64,000 nucleotides of DNA, from the NCBI GenBank assembly GCA_965658655.1, contig CBFHTA010000002.1:175841-239840 (forward strand), read 5' to 3'. The stretch's first letter is position 1. The number at the start of each line of letters is the position of its first letter. The notes under the pieces are model-generated. The model ran no database searches. It worked only from the letters and a program-made list of their open reading frames with translations, and was not told where the DNA came from. This stretch comes from Candidatus Babelota bacterium. Its GTDB lineage: Bacteria; Babelota; Babeliae; Babelales; CAIQNR01. This document shows positions 1 through 10,282 of this stretch, one piece after another. The position numbers and the translations under genes are program-made.

Positions 1-293
1 TGCGCAACGTCCTGTAAACTTTCTAAAGATGTTGAACTTCCTGACGGGAAATCCACCATTCCTTCATCTGAAGATGTACGTGAAGGATTTTCATACAAAC
101 TTTCTGTATCATCATCATCATGATCAGGATCTACATTTTCGGGATCATCTTGCTCGCTATCAGAATCACCAGTCTGTCTAGTTATATCAGTAGATACATC
201 ATGGTCTGGGGCAACGTCAATACCATCCATCGACCATAGAGCAATTGAAGTACTTAATAATAAAAATAAAAGTAAACGAATATTTTTTTTCAC
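1..293 (-). CDS. Secreted acidic low-complexity protein, 5' part (runs off the window edge)
   Basis: GTG at 293 after GGGA; reads MKKNIRLLLFLLLSTSIALWSMDG (signal peptide), then D/S-rich sequence including ESLYENP; open to base 1; not in the ORF track. Confidence 0.75.
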   Translation of the reverse strand, partial: MKKNIRLLLFLLLSTSIALWSMDGIDVAPDHDVSTDITRQTGDSDSEQDDPENVDPDHDDDDTESLYENPSRTSSDEGMVDFPSGSSTSLESLQDVA

Positions 294-302
294 AACAAAT
301 CC

Positions 303-1154
303 CTACTTGCGTAAAACATACCTCTTAAACCACTCCTGCGCTAATTCTTCTGCCTTCTTTTCATTCTTTTTATATAAAGCTTGACCAGTTTTTTTTGCAT
401 TCTTAATAAACTCATCTTTAAATCTTTCTTTAATTCTCTTAGCTTCGATACTATTTGCCCAACTTTCTTTACCAGCCTGATCTATAATACCTTCTTGAGC
501 AGCTTCCCAATAAGGGGTATTTGCAGCGCCACTTACAATAGCACGTATACCAGATGCATCGCGTTTATCTTCAATATATTGCGACAGTGCTTTTACATCA
601 TCTGGATGAAATTGAGACAAAGGTAAAAGCGCCTCTACCATTGCTTTTGGATCTTTGTTAAATTCATCATCTATAAATCTTTGCCATTCTCCTCTATCTT
701 TTGCACTTAATAATCCAACAGTGTCGTCTCCAACTTGCGTTGCATTATTTAACATTGCTTTATCTGCTTTTAGTTGTTCTTTTGCACTATCTTTACCGAG
801 CGCACGGTTCACCATAGAAGAAGCTTTACTGGTATAACTTGTGACAAGATGATCTCCAAGCAGAACCGCCCCATCAACAACTGTATTTACGACTGGAACA
901 TCTAGGTCATTTTCATAGGGACTAGGTGAATCAACATTTAGTTTTTTTCTTGGAGGCGGAGGTGGACCATACATTTCTGGTTCACTATACTCCACTGGTC
1001 TTGGTTCTGGACCATATACAGGAAGAACCGGGCGAAACTCTTGACTACGTTCATTTGAATTGTACACTTTATCGTATGAACCTGATTGTAGTAAAAGAGG
1101 AACCATACTCACAAAAGCAAACAGGATCAAACCTATACATACCTTTTTATTCAT
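303..1154 (-). CDS. Secreted/membrane-anchored hypothetical protein with Pro/Tyr-rich N-terminal region
   Basis: 283 aa, GGAGAGG RBS, hydrophobic N-terminus, YGPEP/YGPPPPP motifs. Confidence 0.8.
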   Translation of the reverse strand: MNKKVCIGLILFAFVSMVPLLLQSGSYDKVYNSNERSQEFRPVLPVYGPEPRPVEYSEPEMYGPPPPPRKKLNVDSPSPYENDLDVPVVNTVVDGAVLLGDHLVTSYTSKASSMVNRALGKDSAKEQLKADKAMLNNATQVGDDTVGLLSAKDRGEWQRFIDDEFNKDPKAMVEALLPLSQFHPDDVKALSQYIEDKRDASGIRAIVSGAANTPYWEAAQEGIIDQAGKESWANSIEAKRIKERFKDEFIKNAKKTGQALYKKNEKKAEELAQEWFKRYVLRK

Positions 1155-1207
1155 AATTCCTCTCCTCTTTTAATACTACTTAACCTTTTATGTATTCAAT
1201 CTCACTT

Positions 1208-2710
1208 TTATTGATGTCTATTATAATACTCCATTAATGTTTGCTTGCTATAAACTCCAGTATCAGGAATGCCACTCCATCCTTGTCCATTTTTTGGATC
1301 TGAAGAAGGATCTCTTTTAAGTTTATTTGCTATAACAGCATAATGATTTAACCATTCCCTATCCTTCAAAGACAATGCTCCAAATTCCTTTCCCACACGC
1401 GTAGGAAGAGGTAATCCTGGAAGCGATGAAGCTTTCCTTATTGGTACTAAGAGATCTGTATCTGATTCAGAAGCAACTGGAGTTGTTTGGTATCCAGTAG
1501 TGGAAGTCGCTGACAATTGCATACCTGGTTGCAAAAAAGCTGGAGTTTTTTTAGAAGCCGGTGGTGGTGGTGCCATTCCAGTTCTACCAGTCGGAAGGTC
1601 ATCAAATACTCCTAGCGCTGCTTGTCCTGATTGCGAACTATAACCTGTAGATATGCTCGGTTGATACAATGATCCAGGTCCTGGTTGTTCTGGTTGTGGA
1701 CCATACTCTGCAGGTCTTCTTCTTAACGCTCCTGAATTTTGTCCTCCTGGAGCTGCTTGTCCTGATTGCGTTGACAATTGAGACTTTACACCAAACCATT
1801 TTAATGCTCTATTAATCCCTTCTCTAGCAGCCATATCTGCACCTGATTTAAGATCCCCTTTAATATCTTTATAAATCTCTCTACCTAAACCTCCAGTTTC
1901 TTTACCAATTTGAGTATTTGATGCCCATTGTGCACCTTGTTGAAAACGTTCTCTAGCAGCACCCCAGTTACTTGATGTGTTTGAATTTTCAGTAACAGCA
2001 TTCAGCACTTGCTTCTGCTCTTCCAGTGAGAAATCAAAGAAACCTTTAACCCGTGCTAATTGTGCACCTGTATAACCTTTCTCTTTGACATAGTATTGTA
2101 TCCATTGCTGCACAAGATTTTCTTCTTGTGGATCAACTGAAGTTGAGCTCGCAGTAGAACTTACTGCAGAATTAGTAGCAGTTATTTGAGATGTATTTGC
2201 ACCACTATTTCTCTGTTGTAACGATGCGTAAAAGGAAAGAGTTGTTTGATCTGATAAACTTAAACTTTGATAATTTGGTTCTGCTTTTAACTGGTCAACT
2301 GATATGTTATTTTGAGCAATAAACTGCTTCCATTGCTCCAATTCAGCTGGACTTAAATTTCCATCATCACTCTCATAACCAGAGCTCTGATCTAATAGAT
2401 TTTGTTGATCAGCACTTGTTTGGAATCCAGATTGAGAAGCACTTTGATAATTAAGCAAATCATTCTGTTGTTCAGGAGTAAAGCTATCAAAACCATCTTC
2501 TTGTGCTACGTCATAACCTTTATTATTATCTATCCAATCTTTCCAAGGCTGTGTTGCTGGATCACTAGCAACCTGTGGCGCTTCTAGCGATGCTCCTTGA
2601 TATGTACTAGCACCTTGTAAAAATTCGGGTCCAGAACCAGCTTGCCCATCGGTAACCCCAACAAGGGTCAAGATTGCTAACACCAAACATGTCATATTTA
2701 ACTTTTTCAT
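1208..2710 (-). CDS. Secreted low-complexity protein with three ~35-aa internal repeats
   Basis: Likely start MKKLNM at 2710 (GGAGG upstream); signal peptide; S/Q/P-rich; three QxWxx(W/F/Y) units. Confidence 0.8.
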   Translation of the reverse strand: MKKLNMTCLVLAILTLVGVTDGQAGSGPEFLQGASTYQGASLEAPQVASDPATQPWKDWIDNNKGYDVAQEDGFDSFTPEQQNDLLNYQSASQSGFQTSADQQNLLDQSSGYESDDGNLSPAELEQWKQFIAQNNISVDQLKAEPNYQSLSLSDQTTLSFYASLQQRNSGANTSQITATNSAVSSTASSTSVDPQEENLVQQWIQYYVKEKGYTGAQLARVKGFFDFSLEEQKQVLNAVTENSNTSSNWGAARERFQQGAQWASNTQIGKETGGLGREIYKDIKGDLKSGADMAAREGINRALKWFGVKSQLSTQSGQAAPGGQNSGALRRRPAEYGPQPEQPGPGSLYQPSISTGYSSQSGQAALGVFDDLPTGRTGMAPPPPASKKTPAFLQPGMQLSATSTTGYQTTPVASESDTDLLVPIRKASSLPGLPLPTRVGKEFGALSLKDREWLNHYAVIANKLKRDPSSDPKNGQGWSGIPDTGVYSKQTLMEYYNRHQ

Positions 2711-2813
2711 AGGTCTTCCTCCATTATTAGACCAAAACATTATTACTATCTGAAATATTAACATGCCAGATAAGTAAAAAACAAGAAAAATATTAAAAAA
2801 TCTTATTGTAAGC

Positions 2814-3557
2814 TTATTTAGAAGCTATTTTCCGAACAAAATAAGCTAGAAATTCTTTGTTTCCAGTAGTACCAACAATAGGAGAGTCAATGAGCCCTAA
2901 AAGATCGAAACCACGTTCAATAATGCCATTTGTTACTCTCTGAGTAACCTCTTTATGAACATCTTCTTCTTTAATAACACCTTTTTTGCCTACTTGATCT
3001 CTATGTGCTTCGAATTGTGGTTTAATCAAAACAATAAGCTTCCCGTCTGGTTTAAGGAGTGCAGTAACTGTATCCATTACTTTAAGTAATGAGATAAAAG
3101 AAAGGTCGAGAGTAATAAGATCAACAAGCTCCCCTACTTCTTTAAGATGCCTGAAGTTAGTTCGCTCCATTGTCTGAACGCGTGGATTTGTACGTACTTT
3201 CTCGTGAACCTGACCATAACCAACATCTACCCCATAAATACGCTTAACCCCACGTTGTAATAAACAGTCCGAAAACCCTCCGGTAGAAAGACCAGCATCT
3301 ACCACTACTAAGTCGGTAACATCAACGTTAAAATGATCAAGCGCACCTTCAAGTTTAAAACCAGCGCGCCCCACATATTTAGGTTCTGTCTGATCAAGAA
3401 TGATGATGTCGTCTGGCTTTACTAATGTACCAGACTTGCTCTCAACCCGATCGTTTACCTTAACTTTACCCTGCATAATAAAGCCCTGAACCTGATTACG
3501 TGTAAGATGTGGATACATTTCTTGTATCCGTTTATCTAAACGTTCCTTATGAATCAC
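2814..3557 (-). CDS. tlyA: TlyA family rRNA 2'-O-methyltransferase (S4 + FtsJ-like domains)
   Basis: KERLD S4 start, YVGRAGFKL, DAGLSTGGFSDCLLQRG, DLSFISL, LIKPQFEA, GNKEFL. Confidence 0.95.
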   Translation of the reverse strand: MIHKERLDKRIQEMYPHLTRNQVQGFIMQGKVKVNDRVESKSGTLVKPDDIIILDQTEPKYVGRAGFKLEGALDHFNVDVTDLVVVDAGLSTGGFSDCLLQRGVKRIYGVDVGYGQVHEKVRTNPRVQTMERTNFRHLKEVGELVDLITLDLSFISLLKVMDTVTALLKPDGKLIVLIKPQFEAHRDQVGKKGVIKEEDVHKEVTQRVTNGIIERGFDLLGLIDSPIVGTTGNKEFLAYFVRKIASK

Positions 3558-3559
3558 GC

Positions 3560-5191
3560 TTACTCACCGCCTTTCTCTTTCAAGCTCTTTTGTAGATCCT
3601 GAATAAAAGGAGATAAAGGATAACGATAAGTACGTGACAATCGTTGCTCATCTGTTAATGCATCTTTAGCATTGACTACAAAAACAGCACCTTCTGAAGT
3701 TTTAAAGACTATTCTTTTCTTTCTTACTGCTTTTCTTAATTCAGTACGCAAGTCTTTCATATTAGATACTTTAGTACCATTAATCTCTTCTATAATAGCT
3801 CCCGGTTGAATAACCACTAACCGATCAACCAACGAACTTGGCATAACATGCGTTACAATAAGCGCTGGTTCCATTTGATGCTTAAACTCTGCGTATTTAA
3901 TAAGAGCCGGTGCATGAGACAAAAGTGTTTGTACAAGATTTAAATTCAATGGTTGGAATAACATACCACTAAAGATCTCGTAATCTAATGGATCTTCCCC
4001 CACAATCACTTTTTTAACTGGTGCATCATCTACATAATTAAATTTGAACGAAATATTTTTTTGCTTACCATTTCGATACAGAAGCAATGTAATATCTTGC
4101 CCTTCTTCCCAACGAGTAATAAAGTCCATAAAAGAAAGCTTTTCTTCATTCCAAGGCACCTTTAAATCACCATATTCATCAATTGGCAACCCATTCACTT
4201 CGTAAATCATATCGCCACTTTTTACCCCTGATTTGGCAAGGGGACCATTCGGATGAACCTCAATAACATAACAACCACTTGGTACCGGATTACCCAAATG
4301 CTTTGCTAAATCATAGCTTCCATTACCAACCAATACACCTAAGAAAGGACGACGTAATACTTTTCTTGTACGTAAATCATTACATATCATTTTCAATTCA
4401 TTAACCGGAATAATGTACCCAACATTTTGTGCGCTTACAATTCCTGCTACAGAAACACCAATAACTTCTCCATTCAAGTTCAATGCAGGGCCACCAGAAC
4501 TTCCGGGGTTAATAGGAGACGAAATTTGAATTAAATATTTACCACCCAAATGCTCTCTTCCACTTACTACACCAGAAGTACTCTTTAATGATGCTTGCCC
4601 TAAAGGATAACCTAATGCAAGTACTTCATCAGCACGATGAAGCAAATCTGAATCACCCAGTTTTAAGAACGGAAGTTGATCTGTTCCTAAAACACGTTTA
4701 ATCATTTCTTTACCTTGTGGAGTAATACGGAGCAATGCCAAATCTCGCTCTGGAGCTTTACCTAAAACTTCTACTGGAATAATCGCTTTCCCCATAGATG
4801 GAATTTTAATCCAAACAGATTGCGCTTGATTAACTACATGCATGTTAGTGACTATTTCACCCTTATCACTAATAAAAAAACCGCTTCCAAAGCCACCACC
4901 TTGAGCAGGTGTTTCGTATGGTTTTAATATATTAATTTCAGCTGTTTGAGCAATAACCTGAACTACTGTATCTTTTGCCAATGACTGCACTTTTGCCCAC
5001 GGTTGAGCCGACACCATTTTCTCTACAACTTTAACCTCTCCTTTGGGCCTATAGTCATACCTCATTGTTCCACTAAGTGCCGCAAGAGAACGTGATAATT
5101 CTTTTTGGTTTTCGTAACCTACATACAAGAAACAACCAAAAACTAACACTACCGCAAGTATCAAAATTCTTTTTAAGAAGCGCATATTCAT
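3560..5191 (-). CDS. HtrA/Deg family trypsin-like serine protease with PDZ domains and N-terminal membrane anchor
   Basis: GSGFFI, TNMHVV (His), RDLALL (Asp), INPGSSGGP (Ser), PFLGV PDZ start. Confidence 0.93.
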   Translation of the reverse strand: MNMRFLKRILILAVVLVFGCFLYVGYENQKELSRSLAALSGTMRYDYRPKGEVKVVEKMVSAQPWAKVQSLAKDTVVQVIAQTAEINILKPYETPAQGGGFGSGFFISDKGEIVTNMHVVNQAQSVWIKIPSMGKAIIPVEVLGKAPERDLALLRITPQGKEMIKRVLGTDQLPFLKLGDSDLLHRADEVLALGYPLGQASLKSTSGVVSGREHLGGKYLIQISSPINPGSSGGPALNLNGEVIGVSVAGIVSAQNVGYIIPVNELKMICNDLRTRKVLRRPFLGVLVGNGSYDLAKHLGNPVPSGCYVIEVHPNGPLAKSGVKSGDMIYEVNGLPIDEYGDLKVPWNEEKLSFMDFITRWEEGQDITLLLYRNGKQKNISFKFNYVDDAPVKKVIVGEDPLDYEIFSGMLFQPLNLNLVQTLLSHAPALIKYAEFKHQMEPALIVTHVMPSSLVDRLVVIQPGAIIEEINGTKVSNMKDLRTELRKAVRKKRIVFKTSEGAVFVVNAKDALTDEQRLSRTYRYPLSPFIQDLQKSLKEKGGE

Positions 5192-5275
5192 GGAGTATAT
5201 CCCCGGTTAAAGATTCAAAAATCCTCTATCAGTTTACTCTTTTTACCAAGCTTGGGAAGGGCAGAAAAAAAATAA

Positions 5276-6871
5276 TTACGCCCCTAAAAGCTCTTGTACT
5301 AATGGTGTAATTTGATAATTAAACGACTGGGAAAGGCGTTTTTCATCTTGTAACATCTGTTGTGTATCTAAGATAATTAAATTATCATCTTTTGTTTTGA
5401 ATGTAGTAAATTCACGATCCTTTGAAAGTGTCAATGCTTGGCGAGCATCTTTGAGACAAGATACTTTATGATCATTAATCTTTACTACAATGTCTCCCAC
5501 TCCAATAGCCCGTGTCTGCTGAGCGCATGAAGTTGCAAAAACTTGTGTAACAATAAGAGCAGGAACCTCTCTATGCGCTTCTTCAAAAGTATAAGAACCT
5601 AGTGAATCAGCAACAGCAGGTAACTGTTGCGCCACTTCTGGATCTCTGAAAAAACTCACCAAGTTCAACGAAAGATCTTGCAATAAAACACCACCAACAA
5701 TTTCGTAATCTATAGCATCATAGGGAACATACTTCCAGTTAACTGGAGGCTCTTCTGGGCAATGAACCAATCCTTTAAATATTTTTTTCACCCCATTCCT
5801 ATACACTTCTAATTCAATAGGACTATTAAGAGGAAGCGAAGACATATAGTCAGACACGCTCATTCGATCATTTTGTCCTGAAATCTTAACAGTTCCGTAT
5901 ACATCAGCAGCATACCCATTAACACGATATAACATGTCACCTGCTTGCAAACCCAAAATATGTAACAAACCATGCTCATGTATTTGTGTTAAGTAACAAC
6001 CACTCGGAGTCGGATTATTAAAAAAACGTGCAAGTTCATCACCTGAAGCATAACAATAACGAGCGCCTAGGTAAGGCTTTCTAACAAGAGACGATTTTAG
6101 CATATCATTTTGAATTAATTTAAACTCTGCAATAGGAAGTGCATAACCAATATTCTGAGCATTCACGTTTCCTGCAGTGTTAATACCAACAACTTCACCT
6201 TGCTTGTTGAGTGTGGGTCCACCAGAACTTCCTGGATTAATTGGTGTGCTCACTTGAATACAACGCGATTCTACCAGTCTGCCCCTACCGGTTGTAATAG
6301 TTATATGCTCTCTTCCACTCACAACACCCGTACAACTTTTTAGAGCTTCTTGACCCAACGGAAACCCTAAAGCAAGTAACTCATCTGAACGTTCAATTTT
6401 ATCTGAATCACCAAATACTAAATACGGTACGAATGTGTTTATATCTTTAATAAGAGCGCAATCTTCGGGAGAAATTTGTAAAAGCGCAAGATCTCGTTCA
6501 GGACACACACTTTTAATTGTTACTTCAATCATTTTTTTACCGAATAAAAGAGGCATTTGAATCCCCACATTCAATGCACCTGCTACCACATGGTAATTGG
6601 TAAGAAGCAAACCATCTTCACTAATCAAAAACCCCGAACCTCTACCTTCTTCACTTTCCATTCGATACGGTTTCACAACATTAGGCTCTACACCATAAGA
6701 AAAAACTTGAACTACTGCATGCTCAGATTCTTTTTGAATCTCATACCAAGTTCTATCATTTTTAGTTGGCCCCCTTAAAATAGCGCTCAAAGAACCTAAC
6801 GAATACACAAGTCCCGGGCAACCAATCAAAAAACCAAAAATAATCACTTTCTTAAGAGAAGAACTTTTCAT
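5276..6871 (-). CDS. HtrA/Deg family serine protease with PDZ domains (tandem paralogue)
   Basis: GSGFLI, TNYHVV, RDLALL, INPGSSGGP, PYLG; colinear with the neighbouring protease. Confidence 0.93.
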   Translation of the reverse strand: MKSSSLKKVIIFGFLIGCPGLVYSLGSLSAILRGPTKNDRTWYEIQKESEHAVVQVFSYGVEPNVVKPYRMESEEGRGSGFLISEDGLLLTNYHVVAGALNVGIQMPLLFGKKMIEVTIKSVCPERDLALLQISPEDCALIKDINTFVPYLVFGDSDKIERSDELLALGFPLGQEALKSCTGVVSGREHITITTGRGRLVESRCIQVSTPINPGSSGGPTLNKQGEVVGINTAGNVNAQNIGYALPIAEFKLIQNDMLKSSLVRKPYLGARYCYASGDELARFFNNPTPSGCYLTQIHEHGLLHILGLQAGDMLYRVNGYAADVYGTVKISGQNDRMSVSDYMSSLPLNSPIELEVYRNGVKKIFKGLVHCPEEPPVNWKYVPYDAIDYEIVGGVLLQDLSLNLVSFFRDPEVAQQLPAVADSLGSYTFEEAHREVPALIVTQVFATSCAQQTRAIGVGDIVVKINDHKVSCLKDARQALTLSKDREFTTFKTKDDNLIILDTQQMLQDEKRLSQSFNYQITPLVQELLGA

Positions 6872-6971
6872 ACTGGCCCTTGTAACCCCGCATTTGGGAG
6901 TTTTTTAAAAACTGTGGTAGACTAGCTTTTTTAGAAATTTATGAGAACACAATTCAGTTAAGGATAGTAAC

Positions 6972-8294
6972 ATGAAAACCTCTCAAACGCCACCTACCCT
7001 TGAAGACATCGTTTCACTCTGTAAGAGGCGAGGATTCATCTTTCCTGCAGCAGATATCTACGGCGGAATCAATGGTATATACGATGTAGGACACTTTGGC
7101 GTATTGATGAAGCGTAACATAAGAAATTTATGGCTTTCTTCATTAAATAACCCTATGGGACCAATTGTAGAAATTGAAGGATCTCTCTTAGGACCAGAGG
7201 CAATGTGGAAGGCGTCGGGGCATGTTGAAGGGTTTCATGATCCTATGGTGGATTGTAAAAATTGCAAACGTCGTTTTAGAGCCGATGAGCTTGATCTAGA
7301 AAAAGTTTGCCAAGTTTGCGGAATAAAAGATTGGACCGATATTCGCGAATTTAACATGATGTTTAAAACACAATTAGGAGCAATGGAAGATGCCTCTGCA
7401 AGAGCATATCTTCGCCCTGAAACTGCTCAAGCAATCTTCGTTAACTTTAAAAATATTATGTCTACCAATCGTGCTAAGATCCCTTTTGGCATTGCGCAAA
7501 TTGGTAAAGCTTTTAGAAATGAAATTACACCAAAACAATTTCTCTTTAGAATGCGTGAGTTCGAGCAAATGGAACTCGAATGGTTCTGCAAACCAGACAC
7601 TGCAGAGAAAACACTTGAGTATTGGATAAAACATCGTTTGGACTTCTATAAGTTCTTAGGTGTTAACGAAGAAAAAATAAGAATTCACCAACATGCAAAA
7701 GAAGAATTAGCACATTACTCTACCGCATGTTCAGACATTGAATATGAATTTCCTTTTGGATGGAAAGAACTAGAAGGTATTGCTCACCGTGGTTGTTACG
7801 ACCTTTCTCAACACACAAAACACTCAGGAAAAGAATTAACTGTTTACGATGACGAAAAGAAAGAATCATATACTCCACACGTAGTTGAATCTTCTGTAGG
7901 TGTAGACAGACTCTTCTTAACACTTTTATGTGATGCGTATTGTGTAGACGAAGTGGAAGGTGAAAAACGAACAGTACTTAAACTAAATCCTCTTGTGGCA
8001 CCTTATACTGTTGCTTTTATGCCATTAACTAACAAGTTATCCGAACCAACATTTAAACTTTTTGCTCACTACAAACAACAAGGGTTAAACGTTGAGTTTG
8101 ATCAATCAGGATCAATCGGTAAACGTTACCGTCGTCAAGATGAGATTGGAACGCCTTTTTGCGTAACTTTTGATTTTGAGACAGAACAAGATGGTTGCGT
8201 TACTGTGCGCGATCGTGATACGACAAAACAAGAACGTATAGAAGTAGGAAAGCTCACAAATTATATTAATGAGCAGATTAAAGCAAAAATATAA
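6972..8294 (+). CDS. glyQS: Glycine--tRNA ligase, alpha2 (homodimeric) type
   Basis: LCKRRGF, YLRPETAQ, GKAFRNEI, FRMREFEQME, SIGKRYRRQDEIGTPFCVT. Confidence 0.97.
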   Translation: MKTSQTPPTLEDIVSLCKRRGFIFPAADIYGGINGIYDVGHFGVLMKRNIRNLWLSSLNNPMGPIVEIEGSLLGPEAMWKASGHVEGFHDPMVDCKNCKRRFRADELDLEKVCQVCGIKDWTDIREFNMMFKTQLGAMEDASARAYLRPETAQAIFVNFKNIMSTNRAKIPFGIAQIGKAFRNEITPKQFLFRMREFEQMELEWFCKPDTAEKTLEYWIKHRLDFYKFLGVNEEKIRIHQHAKEELAHYSTACSDIEYEFPFGWKELEGIAHRGCYDLSQHTKHSGKELTVYDDEKKESYTPHVVESSVGVDRLFLTLLCDAYCVDEVEGEKRTVLKLNPLVAPYTVAFMPLTNKLSEPTFKLFAHYKQQGLNVEFDQSGSIGKRYRRQDEIGTPFCVTFDFETEQDGCVTVRDRDTTKQERIEVGKLTNYINEQIKAKI

Positions 8295-8913
8295 AAGGGA
8301 AGATGTGATACAAGCAATTCCGGGGCTACGTTGGACAGCAAGTTGGGTGCGAAAACTGTATGACTGGATGGGCTCATTTGTAGATTCTCCCTACGGGTCC
8401 TGGATTTTGGCAGCATTCTTTTTTATTGAAGCGGTTTTCTTTTTTCCTTCAGACCCGCTTCTTATTTTGTTCTGTGTAGAAAAACAACGTAAAGCTTTAT
8501 ACTATGCAACAATAGCAACTCTTGCTTCTGTTTTAGGTGGCATAGCTGGTTACTATATTGGATATTCGGTGTTTGCAATCATTGGAAAAAAGCTCGTAAG
8601 TATTTTTTCTACGCAAGCTACATTTGATCGTTTGTGTGAACAATATCGCTTGTATCAAAATTGGGCGGTGTTAGTCGCTGGATTTACACCCCTACCCTAC
8701 AAACTAGTTACACTTACCGCTGGATTTTGCAAACTTCCTTTGTTGCCCTTTATCATGTGCTCTTTCATTGCACGTGGCGCTCGATTTTATTTAGTAGGAG
8801 GCGTCATTTATATTTGGGGTGGTAAAATTAAAACATACATTGATGAGTACTTCAATACTTTACTTATGATCTTTGTAGCGCTCGTCATTTTGACGGTTGT
8901 TGTACTTAAATAA
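8269..8913 (+). CDS. YqaA/DedA (VTT domain) membrane protein
   Basis: FFIEAVFFFPSD, ASVLGGIAGYYIG, AGFTPLPYKLVTLTAG, ARGARFY. Confidence 0.9.
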   Translation: MSRLKQKYKREDVIQAIPGLRWTASWVRKLYDWMGSFVDSPYGSWILAAFFFIEAVFFFPSDPLLILFCVEKQRKALYYATIATLASVLGGIAGYYIGYSVFAIIGKKLVSIFSTQATFDRLCEQYRLYQNWAVLVAGFTPLPYKLVTLTAGFCKLPLLPFIMCSFIARGARFYLVGGVIYIWGGKIKTYIDEYFNTLLMIFVALVILTVVVLK

Positions 8914-8938
8914 TAACGTAATGGTTTTATGAGGTAAC

Positions 8939-10270
8939 ATGGCCTTGAAAAGAATGCAATTTTTTTCTCCTAGCAGAACAATTTTTCTCTCTATTGTTAC
9001 TGCAATTCTGCTAGGAACGTTTTTGCTGGCACTGCCTATGTCTCAGACACGGCCTTTGCCACTCATAGATGTGTTTTTTACCGCGACATCTGCAACTACT
9101 GTAACGGGATTGTTAACCATTCCAATCGACAGTTTTACGCACATCGGTCTTTGTGTCATTATGTTTTTAATACAGATTGGTGGGCTTGGCCTTATTACCT
9201 TAACACTCTTTGTGGTATCTCTCTTTACCAACCTTGGTTTAGGAACACAGGTAATGGCTGGAGAAATGCTAGACTTAGAATCATGGAAAGACACGCGTAA
9301 GATCTTGTTTTTTGTTATTTTAATTACCTTCACCTTTGAAGCACTTGGGGCGATTTTTGTTTTTCAAACTCTACGCAATGATTTTTCTGCCTTCGATTCT
9401 GTTTTCTTTTCTATTTTTCATGCAATCTCGTCATTTTGCAATGCAGGAATGACCCCCTTTAAAGAGGGTATGATTCTTTTCAACCACAACTACAACATGC
9501 TTTTAACAACCGCTTTTTTAATGATTGCAGGAGGAATTGGTTTTATCACCTGGCGAGAGCTTATAACAAAATGGAACCCTTTTAAGAAAACACCAAAACA
9601 TCGAACCCTCCAAACCCGTATTGTTCTCTATTATTATTTCTTCTTAATATTTGTTAATACTGTTGTTTTTTGGCTTTTGGAACACGATAATACTTTTGAG
9701 ACCATGAGCCTCCCCTTACAACTTATTCAATCTTTTTTTACTTCCGTAACTGTAAGGAGCGGAGGTTATTTATCGGTGTATCCCAATGATATGGAACATG
9801 CATCACTCTTTTCTATGATGGTTAACGCCTTTATTGGTTCGGCTCCAGGCTCTACTGGAAGTGGTATAAAAGTAACCACTATGGCAATCTTTTTAGCAAC
9901 TATCAATGCTGCTGTATTTAATCAATCATCAGTCGATTTACGAGGAAGAAGAGTCATGAAAGACCAAGTGTATCGTGCTTTAGCAATTGTTGCTTTGAGT
10001 ATGGCCTGGATTGTAATTGTAACTTTTTGTTTATTAATTACAGAAAAAACTTGGAACTTTTTAGATATAGCATTCGAAACAATTTCTGCTTTTTCTACGC
10101 TGGGAGCGTCTTTGGGAATTACACCATATCTTTCTATTGTAGGGAAAATTCTTATTGCATGCACCATGTTTATTGGTCGTGTTGGTTCTTTAACCCTTAT
10201 GATTGCGCTGCGTCCACAAGTTGAAAAAACTGGATTCGCTTATCCAGAAGAACGTGTCATGATAACGTAA
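8939..10270 (+). CDS. trkH: Trk/Ktr potassium uptake membrane subunit (TrkH/KtrB)
   Basis: Pore-loop motifs FTATSATTVTGL, HAISSFCNAG, GSTGSGIK, FETISAFSTLG; MFIGRVG. Confidence 0.93.
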   Translation: MALKRMQFFSPSRTIFLSIVTAILLGTFLLALPMSQTRPLPLIDVFFTATSATTVTGLLTIPIDSFTHIGLCVIMFLIQIGGLGLITLTLFVVSLFTNLGLGTQVMAGEMLDLESWKDTRKILFFVILITFTFEALGAIFVFQTLRNDFSAFDSVFFSIFHAISSFCNAGMTPFKEGMILFNHNYNMLLTTAFLMIAGGIGFITWRELITKWNPFKKTPKHRTLQTRIVLYYYFFLIFVNTVVFWLLEHDNTFETMSLPLQLIQSFFTSVTVRSGGYLSVYPNDMEHASLFSMMVNAFIGSAPGSTGSGIKVTTMAIFLATINAAVFNQSSVDLRGRRVMKDQVYRALAIVALSMAWIVIVTFCLLITEKTWNFLDIAFETISAFSTLGASLGITPYLSIVGKILIACTMFIGRVGSLTLMIALRPQVEKTGFAYPEERVMIT

Positions 10271-10282
10271 CGAGGTATAAAT

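Noticed and set aside
1617..1770. Direct repeat GCTGCTTGTCCTGATTGCG, two copies
   Set aside because: Only a short intragenic duplication encoding QSGQAA within a low-complexity protein.
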